IMG/VR virus record: IMGVR_UViG_3300033146_004198
Span: 1 to 31,372 of that record
Origin: a virus
Taxonomy: Duplodnaviria > Caudoviricetes
Reading direction: 5' to 3' (one strand)
DNA length: 31,372 bases
Position 1 is the stretch's first letter. Every line of letters starts with the position of its first letter. The position numbers were made by a program, and so were the translations under genes. The notes beneath the pieces were generated by a model that saw only the letters and a list, made by a program, of their open reading frames with translations, was not told where the DNA came from and did not search any database. This document shows, in pieces, positions 16,556-25,702 of this stretch.

Positions 16556-17503
16556 ATGGCAATAGGTAAATCAAAAAAACAAATTTTAGTGACACAAAAA
16601 GAATATGATGTTACTGGTTTAGAAAGAATAGCAATACCAATGACTAATATAGTTGATATTAATCCAGCGGCAGAGGGTGAAGATATTGATATTGTAACAA
16701 CTGCTATGGGTTCAAAAAGAAATTATAAGGATAATTATCATACAACTGTTAATTTTAATGTAGAGGGTTATTTAACTGCTGATTTAGAAGATTTTGATAA
16801 TTTAGGTACACCTGAAGTTTATTCAAATATGGATTCATTATTACTTCAAGCTGGTCTAAAAAGAACACAATCAGCAACAGATGAAGTAACATATACACCT
16901 AATTCAGATGAAAATGGAGCATTAGCGTTAGATTTTTATAAAGAAGATATAAAAAGAACTATTGAAGGTGCAAAGAACAGTATGACGATTGCTGGTGAAG
17001 TTGGAAAACCAATTACAGTAACATTTAATATCTCTGCTTATACTGATTTAGAACCAACAGAATTAGCTTATAGTGGTAATTCTGCTGATTTAACTGATTT
17101 AGTTATAATCAATAAAGTTACAGGTTATACAGAAGGTGGTGGTACAATAAATATGCAATCTTTTACATTAAATCAAAATGCTGAATTACAAGATACATAT
17201 GCTATTGGTTTAAGCCAATTTGATTTAACAGATTTTGATCCTCAATTAGAAGTAACAGCATTAAAAATAAAAAATGATATTAGTTCTTGGGCTTCTTTTA
17301 AAACTGGTGCTTTAAGTGAAATAATCATAACTGCTATAACTTCTGATGGAAAAACATTAGAAATAAAAATCCCATTTGCTAAGATACTTACAAATGAAGA
17401 GGGTGATGATGCTGGAAGACAAACATTAGTTAGAAATTTTAGATGTGAAAATTCTGTTGGTGATGATAACTTTTCAATTAGAATTAATCAAACAGTAATA
17501 TAA
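16556..17503 (+). CDS. Major tail tube protein
   Basis: 315 aa with LLLQAGL..VTYTP and a C-terminal GDDNFSI; fits the tube position. Confidence 0.8.
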   Translation: MAIGKSKKQILVTQKEYDVTGLERIAIPMTNIVDINPAAEGEDIDIVTTAMGSKRNYKDNYHTTVNFNVEGYLTADLEDFDNLGTPEVYSNMDSLLLQAGLKRTQSATDEVTYTPNSDENGALALDFYKEDIKRTIEGAKNSMTIAGEVGKPITVTFNISAYTDLEPTELAYSGNSADLTDLVIINKVTGYTEGGGTINMQSFTLNQNAELQDTYAIGLSQFDLTDFDPQLEVTALKIKNDISSWASFKTGALSEIIITAITSDGKTLEIKIPFAKILTNEEGDDAGRQTLVRNFRCENSVGDDNFSIRINQTVI

Positions 17504-17516
17504 AAAAGGAAAAAAA

Positions 17517-17771
17517 ATGAAACAAATAATGGTAATATTAATGAGTATATTAGTTATGCTTACTTTTAGTGGTTGTGTAACAGATAAGGCATATTCTGTG
17601 GCAAAAATAGCCTATTCAGGTGGTGAAATTGTTGTAAAAGAATTAGATTTAAATAAAAATGGTAAATTTAATAAAATTGATAAAGTAGCAAAGACATATG
17701 ATAAAACAAGAACAGTTGTAAAAAAAGAATATGAAGTTATAAAAGAGCAAGAAATCAAAAAAAAAGAATAA
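17517..17771 (+). CDS. Lipoprotein
   Basis: Signal peptide II with lipobox (LTFSG-C). Confidence 0.85.
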   Translation: MKQIMVILMSILVMLTFSGCVTDKAYSVAKIAYSGGEIVVKELDLNKNGKFNKIDKVAKTYDKTRTVVKKEYEVIKEQEIKKKE

Positions 17772-17794
17772 CTTGTAATTATAAATATAAAAAT

Positions 17795-17824
17795 GAAGAA
17801 TATAAAAATATATTTATATTCTTC
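17795..17824 (+). terminator. Hairpin, possible terminator
   Basis: GAAGAATATAAA/TTTATATTCTTC 12-bp stem. Confidence 0.5.
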
Positions 17825-17857
17825 TACTGTAAATATTAAATAAAAAGGATTAAAAAA

Positions 17858-18217
17858 ATGAAAGAGTATTTATATATTCCTGAAAGTTTTAAAAAATTAA
17901 ATACAGAAGAAATAAATAAAATTTGTAATGGTTGTGGAGCAAAAGAAGGAATAAATGTTCCTGATACATTTTATGGTCTATCAATCACAGAGGCTTGTGA
18001 TATACACGATTATATGTATCATATGGGTAAAACTATCAAAGATAAAGAAGAAGCAGATAGAGTGTTCTTAAATAACTTATTAAGAATTGTAAATAAAGAA
18101 TCAAAATGTTGTGTTTTAAAATTTTTAAGAAGACGCAGAGCAAAAAAATATTATTTAGCAGTTAAGATATTAGGTGGTCCTGCTTATTGGGATAATAAAA
18201 TTAAACCTGAAAAATAA
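17858..18217 (+). CDS. Phospholipase A2-like / DUF1353-like protein
   Basis: CNGCG...ACDIHDYMY...ADRVFL contains the CxxHDxxY motif. Confidence 0.75.
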   Translation: MKEYLYIPESFKKLNTEEINKICNGCGAKEGINVPDTFYGLSITEACDIHDYMYHMGKTIKDKEEADRVFLNNLLRIVNKESKCCVLKFLRRRRAKKYYLAVKILGGPAYWDNKIKPEK

Positions 18218-18248
18218 AAATCACAAATTAAAACAAATTTCCTTTTTT

Positions 18249-18270
18249 TATGTTATACTATGGTAAGAAA
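18249..18270 (+). promoter_or_regulatory. Extended -10 promoter of the moron 18291-18969
   Basis: The conserved 22-mer TATGTTATACTATGGTAAGAAA. Confidence 0.8.
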
Positions 18271-18290
18271 ACAAATAAAAAAGGAAATTT

Positions 18291-18635
18291 ATGAAAAGCT
18301 TACAAGAAACATTAATTAAAATTATTGAAACAAATCATAGTTTTAAATCTAATGAATTCATAGGAAATTCTAATAAATGTAAAACTGTTAGAGTTGAATT
18401 TAAAAAATCTACTACAAAAAATAAAAAAGAATTAAATACTAAAACAAATTTATTTTTAAAAGATATTATGAAAAATTTTAAAAATATTAATATTGATATA
18501 AGAGATTATATATATTTTGAAATAGTTAATATTTGTGAAATACCTAATGAAAAAAATTATATGGAAGAAAATGTTGTTAGTGTAATAATTAGATTTTTTA
18601 ATAAAACAGAGGAGAGATATAGTGAAAAAGTTTAA
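18291..18635 (+). CDS. Hypothetical moron protein
   Basis: 114 aa with an RBS and its own promoter. Confidence 0.75.
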   Translation: MKSLQETLIKIIETNHSFKSNEFIGNSNKCKTVRVEFKKSTTKNKKELNTKTNLFLKDIMKNFKNINIDIRDYIYFEIVNICEIPNEKNYMEENVVSVIIRFFNKTEERYSEKV

Positions 18636-18969
18636 AAAAGTATTAATAAAAAGTATTAAAGAGAAATATGATTTAAAATATAGTAATAAAACAGAAAAAG
18701 GTAAAATGTTAGTTTCTCATTTAAATGATTCAATTAGAGAAGAAGATTATAAGGAGTATATAGATATTTTAATTAAACCTGAAATAGATAAACAATTAAA
18801 AGATGAATTTGATTATTTATTAATTGAACCTGAAATACATAAAGTAGAAAGATTCAATAAATTCAATGTTAAAATTGAAAAATTACATTCAGATGAATTT
18901 TGTTATGATGAAAAAAATAATTTTGTATATAAAGCAAATATTTATAGATTATCTATAAATTTATATTAA
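18622..18969 (+). CDS. Hypothetical moron protein
   Basis: 115 aa, GTG start, GAGGAG RBS. Confidence 0.7.
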   Translation: MKKFKKVLIKSIKEKYDLKYSNKTEKGKMLVSHLNDSIREEDYKEYIDILIKPEIDKQLKDEFDYLLIEPEIHKVERFNKFNVKIEKLHSDEFCYDEKNNFVYKANIYRLSINLY

Positions 18970-18984
18970 AAAAGGATAATTAAA

Positions 18985-19257
18985 ATGAAAAAATTAAGTT
19001 TTAAAACAAAAGAAAGTAAAAGACAAACAATAATAGAATTAGAAATAGATGAAAAAATATTAGAAGTTACTTTTACAACACCTACTATTAAAAATGTAGG
19101 TGGAGAGGCTCTTATTATAGATATGTTTAAAAGTATGTTAAGATTAGATAAAAATAAAAAAATTGTATTTGATAATCTTACACAAACATTAGATGTTGAA
19201 CAAATTATGGAAATAATTAGTGCTGTTAATGAAGAGTTATATTTAAAAAAAAAATAA
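18985..19257 (+). CDS. Tail assembly chaperone (gpG-like)
   Basis: Upstream of the tape measure gene and ends in the slippery T TTA AAA AAA AAA TAA. Confidence 0.8.
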   Translation: MKKLSFKTKESKRQTIIELEIDEKILEVTFTTPTIKNVGGEALIIDMFKSMLRLDKNKKIVFDNLTQTLDVEQIMEIISAVNEELYLKKK

Positions 19258-19595
19258 ATAAGCTTTTTAAATGGGTTGAGCAAAATTCTATTAATGATGG
19301 AAGTCTTAACCCATTAATTTTTGAACATAAAAAAGAATATTTAAAGTTAGATGAAGAACATGAAGATTATATTGAATTCTTAGAAAATGAACCTGAATTG
19401 TTAGAATTAGTTGAAATTTTTATGTTAATCCCTTGGACTTATTCTGATAGTGTTATCCTTGATAAAAATTATATAGCTATGAAAGATTTATTAAAATTAT
19501 ATGGTTATGACTTAAAAACTACTATTCCCCTTTTTATAAGACTTTCAAATATTTGGGCAAATAATAAAAGAAGAAAAATAAATGAAGAAAATTAA
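19254..19595 (+). CDS. Tail assembly chaperone -1 frameshift extension (gpT-like)
   Basis: The -1 frame is open from the slippery site (INKLFKWVEQN...) through the 19398..19595 ORF. Confidence 0.8.
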   Translation: MNKLFKWVEQNSINDGSLNPLIFEHKKEYLKLDEEHEDYIEFLENEPELLELVEIFMLIPWTYSDSVILDKNYIAMKDLLKLYGYDLKTTIPLFIRLSNIWANNKRRKINEEN

Positions 19596-19646
19596 AAATA
19601 AATTATAATAAAATTATATATATAATATATAAAAAAAGGTAATAAA

Positions 19647-21857
19647 ATGGCAAAGAATAATGAATTAATTAATTTAACAATAAATGTATCAGGTGATGGT
19701 AATTTAAAAATTAAACAAATGAATAAAGATTTGAATAATACAGAAGATAATGCACAAGACGCTTCAAAATCAGTTGGAAAAATAGGAGATAGTGCTTCTG
19801 ATTCAAAAAAACAAGTTTCAGGTTTATCAAGTTCTATGTCTGGAATGGTAGGAATTATTGGTGGTTTATCTCTTGGAGCATTAGCAGGAGAAATACTTCA
19901 GGTTAGTGCTGAATGGAATAAATTAAACGCTATAATTAGTGCTACTTCGAATAATGCTGAAAAAACACAAAAAGATTTTCAAACAATATTCAATTTTAAA
20001 GGTATTAGTAATTTTGCTAAAGAAGATATAGCAGAAGTTTATAATCTTCTACGTAGCCAGAATATAGGTTTTACAGAGGAAATATTTGCCACAATAGCTG
20101 ATACTTCACTTTCAACTTCTCAAAATATAGTTACAGTAGCGGAACAATATAGAGCTGTTTTAAATCTTGAACAAGGAACATTAGATGATTATTTTAAAAA
20201 AGTAACAAAAACATCTGAAGGTATGATAGTTCAATATACAGATAAATCAGGTGAATTAAAGACTATTTTACTAAAAGACCAAGAAGACTTAACTAATGCT
20301 TTAAATGACCAATATAAAGGTGTTTTAAAGAATATAAATGAAACTGCTTCAGGACAAGCAAAAATATTAAAAGAACAGTTTTTTAATGTTTTATCAGAAG
20401 AATTTGATGAATTATTTGTATCTACTGTTAAATTTTATCAAGCAAGTTATAATGAGATAAAAAAAACTTATGATGATATAAAAAATTTATTTTCTGATGG
20501 AGAAGAAGATAAAAAGACAAACTTATATGGTTTTTCTGATGAAGAAGTTACACAAATAAATAATGTTTTAAAGTTAGAAAAAGAAAGAGTTGAAGTTATT
20601 AAAAAAGAAACTGAATTAAATGTTAAAAATAATATTTCATTAGAAGCTAAAAATTCTCTTTTAAAAGATTATGAAAATAATTTAAAAAATGTTAATTCTG
20701 TTGAAGCATTAGGAATAGAACAAGAAAAACTTAAAGTAAAATTAAAAGAAGTTGGTTCTGGAAGTAATGAACAAATTTTAACAGATATAAAGAGAATAGA
20801 ATTATTAAAAAGACAAGAAATAGCAAAAGCAAATCAATTAATAATAGATGGTAAAATAGATGCTATTAATAAACAAATAGAAATTTTAACAGCCGGAGAA
20901 AATAAAAGATTAATAATTTTAAAAGAAAGTCAAAGGAAAGAGTTAGAAGGTATTATTAATCCTGAAATTATAAGTGCTATTAAAAATAAACATGATATAG
21001 AAATAGGTTTATTAGAAGATAAATTATTAAAAGAAGAAGAATTAATTAAACAAAGGGCAGCAAAAGAAAAACAAAATCAACTTAATACAGAAAAAAATGT
21101 ATTTCAATCTAAACTTTCTGATTTAGGTCCTGGTTTTGTTGATGATGAAGCATTAAATGAAAATGAAAGAAATCAAAGAAAATTAGAAGATATTGCTACA
21201 TATTATGATGATAAACAAGAGTTATTAACAGAAAGATTAGCAGCAGAATATTTAACAAAACAAGAACAAGTTGAATTAGAAGTTGAATTAGAACAAAGTA
21301 AAAGTGATAGAATATTAGCAATACAACAAGAAATGGCACAAAATAAAACAAATAATCTGCTTGAAATTCAAAATGGATTAGGAGCAATGCAGACTTTATT
21401 TTCAACTTTTGATCAAGCAATGGGTGGTCAATCAAAAAAAAGTTTTGAAGCTCAAAAAGTATTAGCAATAGCACAAGCTACAATTAATACATATATGGCA
21501 GCAAGTAATGCTTTGGCTACTGGTGGACCATTTTTAGGACCTGTTTTAGCTGGTATTTCAATTGCTACTGGTTTAGCACAAGTATCAACAATTGCTTCTC
21601 AACAATATACACCTAAATATCATGATGGTGGTATTATTAAAAATGGTGGTTCTTTATCTAATGAAATTGATGCTACTTTACAAACTGGTGAAGGAGTATT
21701 ATCAAGAAGAGGAATGGGAGCTTTAGATAAGCTTAATAGGGGTGAAAGTGGCTCAAATTCACCTCAAGAAATAATAATAGTATCAAATATGGAAGAAGCT
21801 ATAAAGAGCCAATTAACTTCAAGAAGTGGAAGAGCTTTAATTAAAGAAATTAAATAA
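19647..21857 (+). CDS. Tape measure protein
   Basis: 736-aa helical protein with Gly/Ala hydrophobic segments and KYHDGGII. Confidence 0.92.
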   Translation: MAKNNELINLTINVSGDGNLKIKQMNKDLNNTEDNAQDASKSVGKIGDSASDSKKQVSGLSSSMSGMVGIIGGLSLGALAGEILQVSAEWNKLNAIISATSNNAEKTQKDFQTIFNFKGISNFAKEDIAEVYNLLRSQNIGFTEEIFATIADTSLSTSQNIVTVAEQYRAVLNLEQGTLDDYFKKVTKTSEGMIVQYTDKSGELKTILLKDQEDLTNALNDQYKGVLKNINETASGQAKILKEQFFNVLSEEFDELFVSTVKFYQASYNEIKKTYDDIKNLFSDGEEDKKTNLYGFSDEEVTQINNVLKLEKERVEVIKKETELNVKNNISLEAKNSLLKDYENNLKNVNSVEALGIEQEKLKVKLKEVGSGSNEQILTDIKRIELLKRQEIAKANQLIIDGKIDAINKQIEILTAGENKRLIILKESQRKELEGIINPEIISAIKNKHDIEIGLLEDKLLKEEELIKQRAAKEKQNQLNTEKNVFQSKLSDLGPGFVDDEALNENERNQRKLEDIATYYDDKQELLTERLAAEYLTKQEQVELEVELEQSKSDRILAIQQEMAQNKTNNLLEIQNGLGAMQTLFSTFDQAMGGQSKKSFEAQKVLAIAQATINTYMAASNALATGGPFLGPVLAGISIATGLAQVSTIASQQYTPKYHDGGIIKNGGSLSNEIDATLQTGEGVLSRRGMGALDKLNRGESGSNSPQEIIIVSNMEEAIKSQLTSRSGRALIKEIK

Positions 21858-21923
21858 TTATTTATTTATTTAGTTAGTTAGTTATAATAATATAAATATA
21901 TATTAAATAAAATAGGAAAACAA

Positions 21924-22448
21924 ATGGAAGTAATAAATTATATATCAAAAAAAAATAGTATAAGAGAATATATTTCTTTAAGTTTTTCTACTTTTACTTC
22001 AAAAGAAAAATTTACAAGTAGAAAAAAAATTAATACAATACCTAAATTTAAGATATCAGAAACAATAGTAGGTAAAAATAGAACAGAAAGTGAAGAAATA
22101 GAAAAGTTTTTAAGTGATAATATAACAAAATTAGTTATATTTCCTTTGTTCTCAACAAAAACAATAGTTTCTTCTAATCAAATTAATGTTAATACAGTAT
22201 CAGGTGATTTTTTAGAACCTTTTACTAAACCAGGTGATTATTTATTATATGGTGATAATATTAAAAATCTTTCTTTTGTAGAAATAATAGAAGTTAATTC
22301 AAATGTAATAACATTATCAACAAATATAGATTTATATGAAAAACAAATAATAGCAACTGGAAAAATAATGACATTAGATAAAAAAATAAAAATAAATAAA
22401 ACTTCAAATGTTTATTGGGAGTTTGATATAATGGGGAGTGAATTATAA
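21924..22448 (+). CDS. Distal tail-like protein (putative)
   Basis: First gene after the tape measure; beta-rich. Confidence 0.55.
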   Translation: MEVINYISKKNSIREYISLSFSTFTSKEKFTSRKKINTIPKFKISETIVGKNRTESEEIEKFLSDNITKLVIFPLFSTKTIVSSNQINVNTVSGDFLEPFTKPGDYLLYGDNIKNLSFVEIIEVNSNVITLSTNIDLYEKQIIATGKIMTLDKKIKINKTSNVYWEFDIMGSEL

Positions 22449-24670
22449 TGAATATATATACAGATTTTAATATATTAGATGTAGAAACAATTACAAGTAT
22501 AAAAGAAACAATAAATAATGATTTTAATTTATTAGGTGAGGATTATAATAAAGTTGAAAAATATATAGATAGTGATAATACTTTTAACTTTGATATATCT
22601 TTTTTATTGAATAAAACAGAAAAATATAATTTATATAATCAAGTATCAGAAAGTTATTTTTGGATTAATATTTTTAAAGATAAATTTAAAATATTAAATT
22701 CAATTTCAGGTGAATATACAGTTAAAATAGAAAAAAATGAAGATTTAGTTTTATCTGATAATTCAGAATTGTTTTTAACTTTTAAATATAGTGGAAGTAA
22801 TGGAATATTCAAAGGAAAAGTTATTGAAATTGATAATACAGACCCATTATTTACCATATTAACTTTTGATGAAGAAATAGTGTATAGTATAAATAGTAAT
22901 ACTTATTTATCTATAATTAAACTTTGTTATTTAAATCAAACTGGTATAACTTTTAATATGATAAATGAAGATTTATATAAAACAGATATAAAAACTATTA
23001 CAACAACTGGAGCTTTGGATACAACAGATTTATTTCCATCTCCAATTTCTGAAATTATTGATATTGAAATAGTTGGAACACAAAAAACATATGGTGAAAG
23101 ATTTTTAGATGGTTGGGATTTTCAACCAACTTCAAGTAAGCCGCCTATTCAACATATGGTAAAAAGAAGATACTTTTATATTCATTCACAAACAGTTGAA
23201 AAAGATAATAAAATTTATACTTTTTCTGTTAATAAACATATAAAAGGAACTAATCTTAATATAAATATAAGAATGTTAACTTTTGATAAAGAAACACAAG
23301 AGATAGAAAGTAATGATATATTTTTTAATCATTATATATCTGAAAATAATGCTTATAATAACTTTATAGATACTTTTATTGTATCAGAGAATGAAGAAGA
23401 TTTTATAATACTTATAAAAGTAAAAAATACTGTTTTAATTAATCAACTTGTTAAAGGTGAAGATGAGAGTAGTTATATTTCTAAAAGATCTTATTTATTT
23501 GAAACATATATAGATGATAATTTTATCAGACCTACACAAGTTGATTACTATGATAACAAATGGATTAAATATCCAAATTTTGAAGGAATTCAGTCTGAAA
23601 ATTCAGTAATTAGAGTTGAAAATAATAATTTTGTTTTATATAGATTTGAATTAAATAAGATTAAAAAATTTACATTTTTTTCAAGTAATATTGATAAAAA
23701 AAATATATATAATGCAGTTTCTGAAACACAACCACTTATAATTTCTAATACTTTAACTAACTTAGAAAGTTTAGAATATAAATATTATAAAGAAGAAACT
23801 ATAATGGATAATATAGGTTATAATGAATATTATTTTTTTATTTCAAATACTTTTTATGATGGAAATGAACCAGCAGTAACTTATGAAGAATTTCAAGATT
23901 CAAATCAGCAAATGATTTCAAGAATGTTTATTTATAATAATAATATATATTTAATGTTTTTATATACAGATGAAACTGGTATAAATAAAAATTTTAAAAT
24001 AATAAATATTTCTACTAAATCAGTAATTTTTCAAGAAAGAATATTAAGTAATAATATAGGTGGAATTATATTTAAAGATCAAAGTTATGATATTTTTAAA
24101 TCATTTATAAAGGATGGTAATTTATATGTGAATCTTAATAAAAATGATGATAAAATTTATCAATTAACTTTAAAGATAGATAATTTTGAATCAGGTAGTA
24201 ATATTTTTTCTTTAATACAAGGAGTAGGTTTATTAAATAGTTCAATTGCTTCAACAACTGGTAGTATGACTTATTTATCTGATAGTTTAAATAATATATA
24301 TATTTATAATTGTAATTATAGGATAGAATATAGTCTTAGTTTACCTGATGTTAGTAATTTAATTAATCTATCAAGAAATAATATAGATGGAAGTAATATT
24401 AAATATATACAAATTGATACAAATATAGATAATGTTATTACATTAGAAGAAGATGTTAAGCCTGATATTTTTATTGGTTCACCTCCTAATGATGTTCCAG
24501 CTAGACAAGTTAAAATAACAACTAATAATGTATTAAAACATTCTGTTGTTAATTTAAATAATGATAATGTTATGTATATAATACCTTTATTTAAGAATAC
24601 AAAAGGGTATAATTATTTATATGTTATTCTTGATTCTAATTTTGCTATAATTGAAAAGTTTTATTTATAA
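22448..24670 (+). CDS. Tail protein with a long beta-rich extension
   Basis: 740 aa, between the distal-tail-like gene and the DUF2163 gene. Confidence 0.6.
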   Translation: MNIYTDFNILDVETITSIKETINNDFNLLGEDYNKVEKYIDSDNTFNFDISFLLNKTEKYNLYNQVSESYFWINIFKDKFKILNSISGEYTVKIEKNEDLVLSDNSELFLTFKYSGSNGIFKGKVIEIDNTDPLFTILTFDEEIVYSINSNTYLSIIKLCYLNQTGITFNMINEDLYKTDIKTITTTGALDTTDLFPSPISEIIDIEIVGTQKTYGERFLDGWDFQPTSSKPPIQHMVKRRYFYIHSQTVEKDNKIYTFSVNKHIKGTNLNINIRMLTFDKETQEIESNDIFFNHYISENNAYNNFIDTFIVSENEEDFIILIKVKNTVLINQLVKGEDESSYISKRSYLFETYIDDNFIRPTQVDYYDNKWIKYPNFEGIQSENSVIRVENNNFVLYRFELNKIKKFTFFSSNIDKKNIYNAVSETQPLIISNTLTNLESLEYKYYKEETIMDNIGYNEYYFFISNTFYDGNEPAVTYEEFQDSNQQMISRMFIYNNNIYLMFLYTDETGINKNFKIINISTKSVIFQERILSNNIGGIIFKDQSYDIFKSFIKDGNLYVNLNKNDDKIYQLTLKIDNFESGSNIFSLIQGVGLLNSSIASTTGSMTYLSDSLNNIYIYNCNYRIEYSLSLPDVSNLINLSRNNIDGSNIKYIQIDTNIDNVITLEEDVKPDIFIGSPPNDVPARQVKITTNNVLKHSVVNLNNDNVMYIIPLFKNTKGYNYLYVILDSNFAIIEKFYL

Positions 24671-24703
24671 TAAAATATAATTATAAATAAAAAAAGGAAT
24701 TTT

Positions 24704-25465
24704 ATGATAGAATTATATAGGTTTAAAAATGGAAACAGTGAATATTATTATACATCTTCTAATAATGAATTTACAGTTGATAATATTGATTCAGTTATGG
24801 ATAATGTCACCTTTTTACCCAGAGCAATTAAAAGAAAAGAATTAAATATAGATGGTGTTACAGAGGATAATTTTGAATTTATAGCACCAATTTCACTAAA
24901 ACCACTTGATGAATTTATATATATAAATCCTAATAATATTATATGGGTTTATTTATATAATGAAGATGGTAATTTACTGTATGTTGGTCAAATATCTGAT
25001 TTAAAATATAATTTAGATAAACATTCAATGAATGTAAAGGTTAATAATATTGTAGCTTTTTTATCTAATAATATACCTAAATATACTTATTCTAGTTCTT
25101 GTTCTTTTGATTTATTTGATGAAGATTGTTCTTTAAATAGAGAAAATTATAAAGTTGTTTTTGATAATCTTAATTATACAATAGATAGTAATCTTCAAAT
25201 AACAATAGTTAATACTGAAACAGTAGATTATTTTAATAATGGTTATTTAATAATTGATGGGCAAAATAACTTTATTATAAGTCATAATGATAATATAATA
25301 AAGTTATTGTATCCAATTAAAACTCAAGATTTTTCAGGTGATATAGAAATATATCCTGGTTGTAATAAAAATATAAATAATTGTTTAAATAAGTTTAATA
25401 ATTTAAAAAACTTTGGAGGATTTCCTTTTGTACCAAAAGCTAACCCTTTTCAGAATTTAACATAA
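24704..25465 (+). CDS. Tail hub protein, BR0599/DUF2163 family
   Basis: IELYRF, C..DLFDEDC, and YPGCNK....C.NKFNNLKNFGGFPFVP..NPF motifs. Confidence 0.92.
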   Translation: MIELYRFKNGNSEYYYTSSNNEFTVDNIDSVMDNVTFLPRAIKRKELNIDGVTEDNFEFIAPISLKPLDEFIYINPNNIIWVYLYNEDGNLLYVGQISDLKYNLDKHSMNVKVNNIVAFLSNNIPKYTYSSSCSFDLFDEDCSLNRENYKVVFDNLNYTIDSNLQITIVNTETVDYFNNGYLIIDGQNNFIISHNDNIIKLLYPIKTQDFSGDIEIYPGCNKNINNCLNKFNNLKNFGGFPFVPKANPFQNLT

Positions 25466-25479
25466 AAAAAGGATAAAAT

Positions 25480-25698
25480 ATGTTTATAATAGGATTAATT
25501 TTAGCAGTTGTTATAGCAGTTGTTTTTACTCCAACTCCACAGATGCCTCAAGCACAGATGCCAAATTTAGATAATTTTGTATCTCCAACAGCAGATGAAA
25601 GTAGAGTTGTACAAGAAGTATTTGGAACAACTCTAATTAGAGGGTCAAATTGCTTTTTCTTTGATAATTTAAGAAATGAAATAATTTATACAGGATAA
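25480..25698 (+). CDS. Small tail assembly protein
   Basis: Hydrophobic N-terminus plus PTADESR.VQEVFGT, typical of D3112/GTA-like tail modules. Confidence 0.8.
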   Translation: MFIIGLILAVVIAVVFTPTPQMPQAQMPNLDNFVSPTADESRVVQEVFGTTLIRGSNCFFFDNLRNEIIYTG

Positions 25699-25702
25699 AA
25701 AT

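Noticed and set aside
17757-17839. -1 frameshift extension of the lipoprotein at the A9 run
   Set aside because: Only about 24 open codons, and the region is explained by a terminator-like hairpin. A-runs are common in this genome.
11489-22857. Minus-strand ORFs 11489, 12330, 15055, 18966, 21196 and 22654
   Set aside because: All are antisense to well-supported plus-strand genes, and their hydrophobicity follows from A-rich sense strands.
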